DNA of 64,000 nucleotides from Eledone cirrhosa (lineage: Eukaryota): positions 7,812,001 to 7,876,000 of the forward strand of contig OZ024758.1 in the NCBI GenBank assembly GCA_964016885.1, given 5' to 3'. The position numbers and the translations under genes are program-made. The first letter of the stretch is position 1. Every line of letters begins with the position of its first letter. Below, piece after piece: positions 37,735 to 49,714 of this stretch. The notes beneath the pieces are model-generated. The model worked only from the letters and a program-made list of their open reading frames with translations, did no database searches and was not told the origin of the DNA.

Positions 37735-38369
37735 CATGGGTTCCCAGTCTTTTATGAGTCATCGTACACTTTCACATGGAAAAGATTTCCACCACCCGCC
37801 TGTATACTAAATATTCAAAAGTATACCAAAAATGTTTGGTAAAAGTTTCTTACTGATTTCTTATTACCATTATTACCATTTAGCCTCCTGTTTTTTTTTT
37901 GTTTTTTTGGGGGGGGTGGGGTTATATATATATATATATATGAAAGTGGCAGAAAGAATGTTAGCGCAACTAATTAGAGAAAGGGTCAAATTAGATGAGA
38001 TGCAGTTTGGTTTTGTGCCTAGGAAAAGTACAACAGATGCCCTCTTCTCAGTGAGACAACTACAAGAGAGGTTCTTAGAGAAGAATAAGCCACTATACTT
38101 AGCTTTGGATGACCTAGAGAAGGCCTTTTATAGGGTACCCCGCAGGGAAAAGCGGATGTAAAATGATGATGATATATATATATATAAACCAATTCTTTAC
38201 ATATCACCTTTGAATATGTTTTTCGGGTAGCATATGTTGAAACAACTTTTGAATACTCAAATCCTATATCATCCACTAAAGTTTCCAATCGCTTACCATT
38301 TTCTTTTCAGTTGCTCAACAGTTAAAATCACTCACCAGTGGGCAATATCGCCCAGGTTGGGAATCTCTG
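37735..38369. mobile_element. hAT (Charlie-like) MITE with nested RTE fragment
   Basis: Degenerate TIRs catgggttccca / tgggaatctctg; candidate 8-bp TSD gtgtagtc / gtgtagag. Confidence 0.5.
37940..38172 (+). pseudogene. RTE LINE reverse-transcriptase fragment fused to the LINE 3' tail
   Basis: MKVAERML...DEMQFGFVPRKSTTDALFSVRQLQE...LYLALDDLEKAFYRVPR (RT motifs QxGF, STxDA, DLEKAF), then gcagggaaaagcggatgtaaa(atg)n. Confidence 0.9.
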
Positions 38370-39618
38370 GTGTAGAGTAAAATGGAATAAGTTATTTTAA
38401 GATTGGGGGTGATTAGAAATTATTTAAAGATTGGCGGTGGGGTTGAATTGTTAAAACATTTGCACACCATTTTCTGTTCAATTGCTCATCACCCACTCAA
38501 CAGTTGAAATCACCCACTGGTGGGTGATATGACCCAGGTTGGGAAACCCTGCCGTAAATGGAGAAACTATTAAATTGTGAAATGTTGTGAAGAATACTCT
38601 AAAATGTATTTGTATCATATTATAAAATGTAATATTGCAAACTTCAATTTGTGTCCTAACATGAAATGTAAACTTCACTATATATGAAATGTAAATATGA
38701 TCTTTAACAATAACCTGTGCTATATTATGAAACATAAAATTCTATTGAAAAATATTACCTTTATCATATTGTATAATGCTGTGGATATCTTTGTTACTGT
38801 TTCTTACATCTAATTCTCATCTAACTGTTCATCTCTCTCTCTGTTAACTCTTGAATAAGAGCCAAAGTAAAAATCAACATTTGATAACATTTTGCCTCTA
38901 AATTTTCGTATGAAGAAGCAAGCAATATGTCATTTATGTGTTAACTTATTAAGCTGAGGTTTGGAAGATAACTTAACAAAGGTTCTTACATGAAATTAGG
39001 ATTGAATGTTTTTAGATAAATATAAACACTTTCTCACAAACAGCCTTGTATCATAGAGCCAGGGATTCTTTCAAGCTGTTTGATATCAAATGGATTAACC
39101 ACTTCAAGGTTGTCAAATTGATATGTATGTTGTTATTGAGTAAATAAATTGGTAACAGTCAAGACTGGAATTACTAAGTCAAATGCTCTATGAGATTTCA
39201 CAAAATGAATTAAGATAAATTGCAAATGGTTACAAATTAGTACCATAAATGTGTACCATAAATCTTATACTAGATTTGATACAAAGAAAAAAGTATGGTC
39301 ATTGAGTAATTTCAAATAATTCTAAGGTATAAAACTAAATAATTGTGGTTACTAATTAGTATAAGAATGTGTACCATAAATCTTATATTAGATCTGCTAG
39401 ACAGAGAAAAAAGTATAATCATGGAATAATTTGTATAATTCTAGGGTATGAAACTAAATAATCTTCTAAACATAAAATGGTTGAGAACCAGTTGTGGAAA
39501 CTTTAATGATAGTAGCATAATTTTAGTGAGACTTAATAGAAAGTAAGTTTAATAAGAATTTGTATGAAGCAAGTCCTGTAAATAAATATAATGACTAGAA
39601 CAAACAGTGAATCTAAAT

Positions 39619-39833
39619 TTAACCCTTTAGCATTTACATTACTCTATATATACTGTTGTATTTTTGTGGTAAACACTTTACCTCACATAATATCGAATCT
39701 ACGAAATTTTGATATTATTTCTTTGAGAACAACTCCTTAACATGAGTATGAGCAACTGGTTAAGGCCAGTTTGAACAGAAAGAGGTGAGAGAATTCTGGC
39801 CGGATATGGCCGGTTTAAATGCTAAAGGGTTAA
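39619..39833. mobile_element. piggyBac-like MITE (intact reference copy)
   Basis: TTAA-CCCTTTAGCATTTA ... TAAATGCTAAAGGG-TTAA. Confidence 0.9.
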
Positions 39834-40065
39834 ACAGTTCAGTCAGTGATTTATCAACATGGGCTTGGGGTTGGCCCAAGGAAAATATGTGATCTTTGAA
39901 ATTCTTTTTTTTTTTTTTTCTTTTTTCAGTGATGTAAAATTATGAAAACACAAACTGCTTTACTTTATTTTTAAAGGCAAATAATTCAGAAATTATTTAA
40001 ATAAAATTTTCAACTTGACAAACTGATAGACAGACTCCAGGAGCAGTGCAGTCATTAGTCTTTTT

Positions 40066-40262
40066 CTTCATCCACTCATTCTTGAGAGGGTCATGGAGGC
40101 AAAGTCCTCAAGCACTCCTTCCAATGGATCCTGTCTGAAGCAACTATCTCCAACTGATCTGGCTGGATCCCTAAGCATGACCAGCCATGCTCATGAATGT
40201 TATCCAATCATCTTGCTCGTGGTCTACCCCTAGGTCTCTTGCCGGTTGGTTTTGTCCTTTAA
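40066..40262 (-). mobile_element. RTE (Rex3-like) 3' fragment
   Basis: Reverse-complement homology to 1371-1660. Confidence 0.65.
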
Positions 40263-41805
40263 AATCTGTCATGTCAAGAGCATGACAGTCTCCTTGGTGT
40301 TGGTGATCTACACTATAATTGCATCCAGCCATAGAAAACTTGCCAAACAAAGGATTGGGAGAACCCTCAGTTGTGTCAAAGACATGATAACCCCTCCTGT
40401 GAGACCGTACATAAGCGAGATGCAGATTCCCGGCTTGTCTGAGAAATCAGTAGCCCTGCTTAAGTACTGACTTAGTTTATGTAGACCCATCCAATCCTTG
40501 CTAGCAGGGAAAGAAGACATTAAAACGACAATGATGATGATGTGTGACAAGACTTTAAATCTCAATTATAGGCCAAATGATAGGTATCCACTTTTCTGTA
40601 TAGGTTTCTAAATGTTTGTGTCTGTTGATAAAATCTGTTTTGAAGGAATTAGCAGTTAAACAATTATATGAAATTGAGGTCAATGTAGAATGGAGCATAA
40701 TAGATTAATCATAGAACTTCCTTCAAGTGGACAAGTATTAGTTTTCTTCTTCGCCCATTTAGTCTTGAGAGGGTCATGGGGGCAGAGTCCTCAAACACTT
40801 TGCTATAGATATACATACACACAGGTGTAGAGAATGTTAGACACTGCCACCCCTTCCTTCCTCAGTCATCTCTACTGTTTTTATATTTATATACTCATAC
40901 ATAGATGAGTTACCTCCCTTTGCATGATGGACAAATACACAGTGGGTATTATATATTAACAGATAATATTTATCACCATTCAAATGAAATTTCTCCTTAG
41001 CTTTTACCATATATACTCTTACATAAGCCACCCCACTTATTTTCTGTCTGAGTAAAGGGCAAAAATCAAACCCCATTTATAAGCCAAAGCAGCTAATCAA
41101 GACATCGTTTAGATGGTGTATATAAGCACAACTTCTCCACTCCCGCCGCCAATTTTACCATTGATTTCTTGGTCATATAATCCTTGGCTTCTAATCTAGA
41201 GTAGATACAGAAAGTTGATCAAACACTTTTCTTTTTCTGTATTGCATATTAATGTTACTTATGTAATTTAAGAGCAATGCAGTTTGGTATAAGTTATTTG
41301 CTTCCATACTCTATATTTTGAGCTCTATAATATTTTCAAACTAATAGTATTCTAAAAGTGTCTTTTTGCATTTAACATTTCCTTTTTAAGCTTCAAAAAA
41401 ATATATTTCCTGGAACATATCTTGTCAAAATGTTCTCTTTCGTTTTTTAGTAATTTGAAACTTCTAGCAATATTACTCAAAATGTATTTACAAAAGGATA
41501 TGTTGGTGTGCAGCAATCAAGAAATATTCCATATAGATATTTATAGAAAAATTATTTCTCCCTCAAAGCATCACAACTTCTAAAATTTCAAATAAAAATA
41601 TATAAAGTATTTCATCATAAGAAAAAAGACTTACCACAAAAAAATAAACGAATAAATGAAATTACAAAAATAATAGGAGAAAGCCTAAGTCCAACTGGTT
41701 GGACCTGGGGAACAAAATAACTAAATTATGTTCATTGGATAGTTTAAAAGTTATATTCTCCAGTAATAAAACAGCTTTTGTTATTGGCTACCCTGTTAAT
41801 AGAAC

Positions 41806-42160
41806 GTTATCTTTATACCATATATACTAACATGAAGTAGTTACCATGTTGATAGCGAGTTATCTATATACCGTATATACTAACATGTGGTAGATACCTT
41901 GTAGATAGTTATCTATATACCGTATATATTAACATGTGGTAGATATCTTATTGATAGAGTTATCTATATACCGTATATACTAACATGTGGTAGATACCTT
42001 GTAGATAGTTATCTATATGCCATATGTACTAACATGTGGTAGATACCTTGTAGATAGTTATCTATATGCCATATGTAGTAACATGTGGTAGATACCATGT
42101 TGATAGTTATCTATATACCATATATACTAACATGTGGTAGATACCTTGTTGATAGGTATC
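41806..42160. repeat. ~49-bp minisatellite, about 7 units
   Basis: Unit agttatctatataccgtatatactaacatgtggtagataccttgtagat. Confidence 0.9.
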
Positions 42161-42231
42161 ATACCAAGTGTTCTACATCTGCCTGAGTGATTGATGAAAT
42201 TGAGATTTAGTATTCTTACAATAAGTGTTTA

Positions 42232-42439
42232 CTGTTATATACTCAAATATAAGCTGACACCACTATTTTGTTTGAGAAATGGGCAAAAATCCAAACTTTA
42301 TTTATGTAGAATTTGAAGTTGGTGAAAATCGTCAAAATATTGACTCCAAAGATAAGACCTCCCTTTTTCCATCGATTTTTTTTTCTTGGGGGGGGGGGGT
42401 CACATACATATTCATAGACTTATATTCGAGTATATATGG
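42232..42439. mobile_element. Tc2/pogo-like non-autonomous DNA transposon
   Basis: tatatactcaaatataagc ... gacttatattcgagtatatatgg-TA. Confidence 0.6.
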
Positions 42440-42909
42440 TAGGTTCTTCTGAAAATTGAAAATGAGCAATAACAAATTTGATGCAGCAAGTCAAGATATT
42501 TTTAGGGCATTAAGGAAGGGCATCCATACCTGTAGAAACTAAGCCAAAAATGGAATGTATTTTTGGGGGTGAAATAATTGTAAAGATATGATTTGTCTCA
42601 GAAAGTGTAACTCTGTCTTTTATTGGTTTAAGCAATAAAAAGATTATAACCAGGACATACATTTTCATCTAATGGCTTCTCATAGCTGTTCAAGCATTGC
42701 AAAAAAAACAAAAAAACACATTAAAACAAGTACTAAAAGTACAATTCATGGAAAGGTCAGTGACATATTATAGAGGTCCATTAACTATCTATCCTATTAC
42801 TTTTATTACCAAATCATGATCTTTGAAGCAATCACACAGGATACCATCACAGATTGGAATGTTTGGGGGCTTGTCTTTTTTTTCTTTCTTTACTATTATT
42901 ATTGTTATT

Positions 42910-43087
42910 ATTGGCAGTATCGGTAGAGCGTCGGACACCATGCTTTGCAGCATAGAGTTATGGCTCTTTACGTTCTGAGTTCAAATCCCGCCGAGGTTAA
43001 CTTTGCCTTTCATCCTTACGGGGGTCGATAAAATAAAGTACCAGTAATGTACTGGGGTAATTTCTGGCCTTGTGCCAAAAGTAGAAA

Positions 43088-43120
<33 letters not shown>

Positions 43121-43440
43121 CCCTTCGAGGTTAGCTTTGCCTTTCATCATTATGAGGTTGATAAAAATAAAAAGTACCGGTAATGCAGTGGGGTTGATTT
43201 ATTCGTCTTTCCCCCTCCCCCAAAATTGCTGGCCTTGTACCTATAGTAGAAATCATTATTATTATCGGTAGAGGGTTGGACGCCATGTTTTCTAACATAG
43301 TTACGTCCCTTTACAGTCTGAGTTCAAATCCCGCCGAGGTTAACTTTGCCTTTCATCCTTACGAGGTCGATAAAATTAAAGTACCAGTAATGTACTGGGA
43401 TAATTGCTGGCCTTGTGCCTAGAGTAGAAACAATTATTAT
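42910..43440 (+). mobile_element. Three tandem family A SINE copies linked by (TTA)n
   Basis: Family core near 42995, 43130 and 43340. Confidence 0.8.
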
Positions 43441-43495
43441 TATTTTGTTTTTATAATGCAGGGTTTAAAACGTGGTATTTTCAATATTTGATTTA

Positions 43496-43663
43496 CCGTA
43501 TTTCCCGGCACCGAAGACACTCCGTCCTCGAGGACGATCCCTGATTTTGACAACCACAAATTTGAAAAAAAATAATAAACAACCTTCGGCCTCCGGGACG
43601 CATGGTAGATTCTTGAGACTTATTTTAGGAAAGAAGTAACATCTTTGATGCCGGGAGATACGG
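43496..43663. mobile_element. pogo/Tc2-like non-autonomous DNA transposon
   Basis: TA-CCGTATTTCCCGGCA ... TGCCGGGAGATACGG-TA. Confidence 0.8.
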
Positions 43664-43695
43664 TAAATATGCCAGCATGGAAAAACTGACATTAA

Positions 43696-43880
43696 ATGAT
43701 GATGATAATAATGTTGATAATGATGATGATGATGATAATGATAATAATGTTGATAATGATGATGATGTTGATAATGATGATAATAATGTTGATAATGATG
43801 ATGATGATGATGTTGATAATGATGATAATAATGTTGATAATGATGATGATGATGATTGTGATGATGATGTTGATAATAAT
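43696..43880. repeat. (GAT/AAT)n trinucleotide repeat with higher-order periodicity
   Basis: Lies between an RTE-type (ATG)n tail and an opposing family A SINE tail. Confidence 0.9.
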
Positions 43881-44619
43881 TGTTTCTACTTTTGGCACAA
43901 GGCCAGCAATTACCCCAGTGTATTACTGGTACTTTATTTCATCGACCCCACCCCCCCGTAAGGATGAAAGGCAAAGCTAACCTCGGCGGGATTTGAACTC
44001 AGAATGGCAAGGATGGTGTTGATAACAGTGATGTTGATGATGATGATGGTGGTGGTGATGATGGTAGTGATGATCGTGATGATGAGGGTGGTGATGATGA
44101 TGATGATGGCGGTGGTGATGATGATGATGATGGCGGTGGTGGTGATGTACTGAGTCAGTGCAATTGTTTCCAGCAAATAACACCTTATGCAAGATGTATA
44201 CATTATTTTTTGATGGTGTGATTGACACCTTTTTTTTTCATAAAGTGCTAGGATTCCAGCAGAGAATGCATTTGTTCCCATCTTATAAGGTCTTGTGGTG
44301 TGGTGTGGTGTGTGGTGTGGTATGTGGTGTGGTGTGTGATGTGGTGTGGTGCATTTGTTCCCATCTTATAAGGTCTAACTGCACTTAGAAGAATATCTTG
44401 AGGCAACCAGTAGCTGTTGTTGCCACAACTCTAGCACATACAAATTCAAAGTAATGTCAGTGTTAATAATACTTTCTTTATTATTGGCCACAAGGGCTGA
44501 CTGTGTTAATAACAATTGCTTCTACCTTTGGCACAAGGACAGCAATTTACCAGTGCATTACTGGTACTTTATTTTATCGACCCCGTAAGGATGAAAGGCA
44601 AAGTTAATGTGTTGGTATA

Positions 44620-44940
44620 TAAAGTTATACAGTTTATCTCATGTAGCAAAGTTATATAGTTTATCTCATGTTGTAAAGTGATCCACTTCTATCACATGTA
44701 CTAAAGTTATCCACTTCTATCACATGTACTAAAGTTATACATTTTATCACATGTAGTAAAGATAGTTATCCACTTCTATCTCATGTAGTAAAGTTATCCA
44801 CTTTCAACACATGTGGTAAAGTTATCCATTTTCATCACATGTGGTAAAGTTATCCACTTTCATCACACGTGGTAAAGTTATCCACTTTCATCACATGTGG
44901 TAAAGTTATCCACTTTCATCACACGTGATAAAGTTATCCC
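44620..44940. repeat. ~28-bp minisatellite
   Basis: Unit aaagttatccactttcatcacatgtggt. Confidence 0.9.
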
Positions 44941-45096
44941 CTTTTAAACTTCATGGTCTTTCTAACCAGGTGACAGTAAGCTGCTGCTATCTAGGTTTAA
45001 GATTTGTGAATTTTATTTTTTCTATTTTTGACAAATATTAATAAGATGGTACTTGTACAAGTGTGTGTGTGTATATATATGTGTGTGTGTGTTCAT

Positions 45097-45400
45097 TCTC
45101 TCTCTTTCTCCCTCTCACTCTCACACACTCTCTCCCTTTCATCCCCCTCTCTAGCTCTTTCCCAATCTCCCTCTCCTCTCTAGCTCTCTCACACTTCTCT
45201 CTAGCTGTCACGCACTCTCTCCCTTTCACCCTCCTCTCTAGTTCTCTCTCTTCCTCCCTCTCCTCCACACTCTCTCCTCACCCCCTTCTCTTTAGCTCTC
45301 TCACACACTCTCTCCTCACCCTCCTCTCTAGCAATCTCGTTCTCCCTCTCACTCTCCCCCACACTCACCCTCCTCTCTAGCTCTCTTTCTCCCTCTCTGT
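45097..45400. repeat. CT-rich low-complexity tract
   Basis: Recurring ctcctctctagctctc / cacactctctc. Confidence 0.8.
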
Positions 45401-46224
45401 CAATCTGCCATTGTTTCTGGAAATGTTCGTTTATATATCATATGGATTTTTCTCCTTTTCTTCCTATAGAAAATAGTTTAGTATTCTCGTTGAACTGCAA
45501 CATTTGATGTTAGTTTGTCAAAAGCAATGTTTTTATTTTTACTATGAAATAAAAATATTTTACATCAAAAAGAATTTATCTTCACAAGAAATCAGTTCAA
45601 TATTTCAAGGATGATGGTTCAATATTGTATTTCAAAAGAAAAGTGAGTAGTTACAGAATAAATATGCCTTATAATATATATATATTTTTTTTAAATGCAG
45701 TCATAGCTAAATGGTTAAGAAGTTAGCTTTGAAATTATGAGGTCCTGGGGTTTGATCTCACTGTGTAGCCTTTCACTGTCTTTAACATAGCTGTAGATTG
45801 ACCCCCAAGCCTTGTGATAGTAACTGGCAAAACTGAAACTATGTGGAAGCTCGGCAGATGGACTGTACCAGTAATTTAAAGGTCCTATTTTGTCAAATGG
45901 GATAAAGTCAGGTATGGAAAAGGGAAGTTGAAGGGTTTTAAATATTTTGAGCTAAATAAGATTAGGTATAAGGGAACAAAAGCTGACCACTAAAAGACAA
46001 TTGGAGTGTGTAAAGAAGGAACAGTGTTAATACAGTCATATATACACATACACAAGCAAAACTATCCATCTTTCTATCCCTCCATCTATCTATCTATCCC
46101 TCCCTCCCTCCCTCCCTATCAAGCTATCCCTCTCTCTATCTATATATATAATCAATGAAAAAATAGTTAGTTGATTTGTGGTCAACTCGTTTTTTTCTGA
46201 CCAATCTAATTACGCTATATTTTA

Positions 46225-46500
46225 AATAATTTATGAAACATTTAAACCAACTGTAATGTGTCCCTGTCCCCCCCCCAATTACGTAACACCCTTACGTTCT
46301 GAGGTTTTTCTAGTCATATGCCTGGTGGTCATCGATCTGTCCAGTTCGGTTGTCTACCAACATATGAAAAAATTATACATTTTCTATATATTTTGTCTGA
46401 GGAGAACATATTTTGCTTGATGTTTTACATAAAACTTTGCATCTTTGAAATATATATAATAAAATAAATAGAGATGATATAAAATGTATATCTTTTGTTT
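46225..46500 (+). mobile_element. P5 family copy
   Basis: Homologous to 31021-31220 and 50495-50760. Confidence 0.65.
46389..46466 (+). ncRNA. Putative type I hammerhead ribozyme (P5 family)
   Basis: tattttgt-CTGAGGA(46397-403)-weakened long stem II-GAAA(46447-50)-tatata-TA|ataaaata. Confidence 0.6.
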
Positions 46501-46670
46501 ATTACTAATATTATTATCTCTCCCCCTCCGAGGTTAACTTTGCCTTTCATCCTTACGGGGTCGATAAAATGAAGTACCAGTAATGTACTGGGTAATTGCT
46601 GGCCTTGTGCCTAAAGTAGAAACAATTATTATCTCTCCCCCTCTCTCTCTCTCTCTATATATATATATAT

Positions 46671-46883
46671 TATAATTGAATATAAAAGAAAAACGAACAC
46701 AGACATATACATATATGTGTTCAAATCGTAAGGGACCAGATAATTTGAACACATATATATATATGTCTGTGTTTGTTTTTCTTTTATATTCAATTATACT
46801 ATACGGCTCGGAAATATCTCTTTCTTAGAGCTATTTTGTTGTAAGAGACTATTTTGAGTTCCTAACTCAATATATACCTTTGA
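46671..46883 (+). mobile_element. (TA)n-embedded fold-back element P4
   Basis: 56-bp arms 46671-46726 / 46743-46798 (54/56 match), 16-nt spacer, unique tail, TA flanks. Confidence 0.55.
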
Positions 46884-46894
46884 TATATATATAT

Positions 46895-47094
46895 ATAGGA
46901 ACGAGTAGGACCCCGACGGCTGAGCTCAAGCCGTTTCGACGGCTAATTCTGGACTGAGTCCAGAATTAGCCGTCGAAACGGCTTGAGCTCAACCGTCGGG
47001 GTCCTACTCGTTCCTATTACCCACTCTACTACTACTAGTATTGAGTACTTTGGTGCATTATGGTCCACCTGATTCCTTACCACATTTCTTCCGT

Positions 47095-47095
<1 letters not shown>
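46895..47095 (+). mobile_element. P1 fold-back element with hammerhead 3' half
   Basis: 61-bp arms around the single base 46956 (60/61 match); GAAA at 46975-78; (TA)n flanks. Confidence 0.75.
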
Positions 47096-47130
<35 letters not shown>

Positions 47131-48103
47131 CATCATCATCGTTTAACGTCCGTATTCCACGCTTGCATGGGTTTGGACGGGAATTTTCCCACTTGAGGCA
47201 AGAGTGGTTGTCTTGCTCGCATAGGACTGTCTGGCGGGTTTTCTACGGCTGGATGCCCTTCCTAACACCAACCACATTTACAGTGTGGGACTGGGAGGTT
47301 TTTGCCGTGTTACCTACACGGCCACATTACAGCGTGGACTGTGTGTTTTTTTGTCGTGACACCTACACGACCTCGTTTGTTTCGGCCTGGACGTTGTGGT
47401 ACCAACATATATATATATATATTCCTCCATCCATCTAGCTATCCCTTCATCTCACCATCCCAAAGTAAAGATAAAGATGGTTCCAGACAGAATTCAAACT
47501 AAGAATCTTCATTTCTAAACTAATTCTCTTTATAGAATTGTAGCGTAGATGTAATAGAGACACTGTAAAGATGAGATTATTAGTCCATAAAATCTAAGAT
47601 GCTGAATCCATCCATCCATCTATCTTGCTTAAATCTCCTTCAGAATTATATTAAGGGTACACTTATCTGTGAAATACTCAACCACTTATGTGTTAATTCA
47701 CAATTTAGCTACACACTTGACTTAACAACTGAATGTTCATCATTGAAACTGTTGGAGGATCTATTAATATTTAGTTCTATATATGTTCTCAGTTCAAATC
47801 TTGCCATTGTTGTCTTTGTCTTGCAACCCTCCAGGCTTCACCATATAAATAATATTGTGTATAAGTCAGTGGCTTTCTACCAAGCTAAAAATAAAAAGAA
47901 ATCAATATTTTATTTAAATGTTGCTTGAAAAATAAAGAAAAGAAAGAGATATGCCATGATTTACCATTTTTTCCTCTTTCATTCTCGCTATTTCCAAATT
48001 CCGTTAACCCTTTTGATAACAAATTACCTGCAACCATCCTTGTTCCTAAGATACTAGGCTGTTTGTTTTAAAATTTTTATATTTATCTAAATGACTTTCA
48101 TCT

Positions 48104-48400
48104 TCCAGCATAGTTATGTCCCTTTACGATCTGAGTTCAAATCCCGCCGAGGTTGACTTTGCCTTTCATCCTTATTGGGGTCGATAAAATAAAGTACCAG
48201 TAATGTACTGGGATAATTGCTGGCCATGTGCCAAAAGTGGAAACAATTATAATTTTATGTCAATTACGCCCCTTTATGGTCTGAGTTCAAATCCCACCGA
48301 GGTTAACTTTGCCTTTCATCTTTACGGGGTCGATAAAATAAAGTACCAGTAATGTACTGGGATAATTGCTGGCCATGTGCCAAAAGTAGAAACAATTATA
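48104..48400 (+). mobile_element. Two tandem 5'-truncated family A SINEs
   Basis: Near-identical cores at about 48130 and 48280. Confidence 0.75.
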
Positions 48401-48471
48401 ATTTTATGTCAGAACCTATAAGTTATTGATTATTTTCAGAATTATTTGAAAATTATTGAAATTTAGAAATT

Positions 48472-48671
48472 TGAGGGTCGGCTGAAAAGTTCATACGCTG
48501 ACCAAAATACTCTCATGGAATGACCAAATGAGGTTTATTTTTCAACATAGTCCCTGGAAAGAAACAATGCAGTTATTAATATGAAGAGTTGAAATTGATG
48601 CATGCAAGATTCCACAGCTCTAGCATCACTCCTTCCTAGTCAGCCTTTGAACGTTTCAGCCAATTCTCATA
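48472..48671. mobile_element. Tc1/mariner-like MITE
   Basis: TIR tgagggtcggctgaaaagttca / tgaacgtttcagccaattctca. Confidence 0.7.
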
Positions 48672-49678
48672 AATGTTTTACTTTATATAGTTGTCATTTT
48701 AGCAGTTTTTTGATCTCCCTATTTATTTTTTAAACTATCTTGTAGAAGGGATCATGATCAACATCGCTCAATTATAGTCAGCCTATGAACTTTTCAGTCG
48801 ACCCTTATATGGTAATAAAACGGTTAATGTTTACTGAGTTTTTACTAAATTAACCAACACTTCAGTATTTAATCAACTGGTAATGAAATTTCATCTAAGT
48901 CCTTAAAATTTAGTCAAAATGTGTAATAATATATTTGAAAGCAGGTTTAAAGATGCGCTGGTTTTGAACCAGCTTTGAATTTTAAGCTGTACGGAGCCTT
49001 GCATTTGTCTAGGTTTGATGAAAATGAAAATCAGTAGTTGCTGAGATAATTGATCTAAAATGCTGTATGAAGTTCGTAAATTACTGCAATAATTAGAGAT
49101 AATTGGACGAAAATGAAGTTTGGGGTTTGTAAATTACATCAAAGTGTTTGATCGACTATTCCCATGACTAAGGTCTACTTAATCAGAATGGATCTAGTTA
49201 CTGGACGACAATATCAAATTTAGGGTAGTAATTTGCAAAACTGTTGCGACATATTTACTGAAGTAGCTCTACTAATTGTCTTTCAATATCAATTGTCTAA
49301 GAACATGCCTTCTCTACTAGCATTTTAGAGGTTTTTACAATTTTCAATTTTTATTCCTGTATTGTTTTACATGTTAGACTGCAGCTATGATCAGGCACCA
49401 CGTTCAAAGGACTCAATCAATCATATCAACTCTAGTATTTATATTTTTAAATTTGATACCTATTATATCGACCTCTTTTTATCGAACAGCTAAGCTATGG
49501 AACATAAAAAAACCTAATAAATGTAAACATGGACACACACGTGTGTGTATATGTATATATTTATATATATATAGTGTGTGTGTGTGTGTGTGTAAAAGGT
49601 AAACAGAAATAACAACACAATCGGTACATTATATGGAAGGAATATATTAGTTTAATGCTTGAAATAGCAGAGAGAGGG

Positions 49679-49714
49679 TCTTAAAGTTTTGGACACTAGT
49701 CCTTCGTCAGAAGA
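49679..49714 (-). ncRNA. Degenerate minimal type I hammerhead (P6, Penelope-like)
   Basis: Minus strand tctt-CTGACGA-a-ggac-tagt-gtcc-aAAA-c-ttt-aaga. The G of GAAA is lost, so it is probably inactive. Confidence 0.5.

Noticed and set aside
43677-44281. Poly-Asp/Asn, poly-Ile and poly-His ORFs
   Set aside because: GAT/GGT trinucleotide repeats next to retroposon tails.
44690-44940. Repeated ttatccac resembling bacterial DnaA boxes or an origin
   Set aside because: Part of a 28-bp minisatellite in clearly eukaryotic repeat-rich DNA; no bacterial context.
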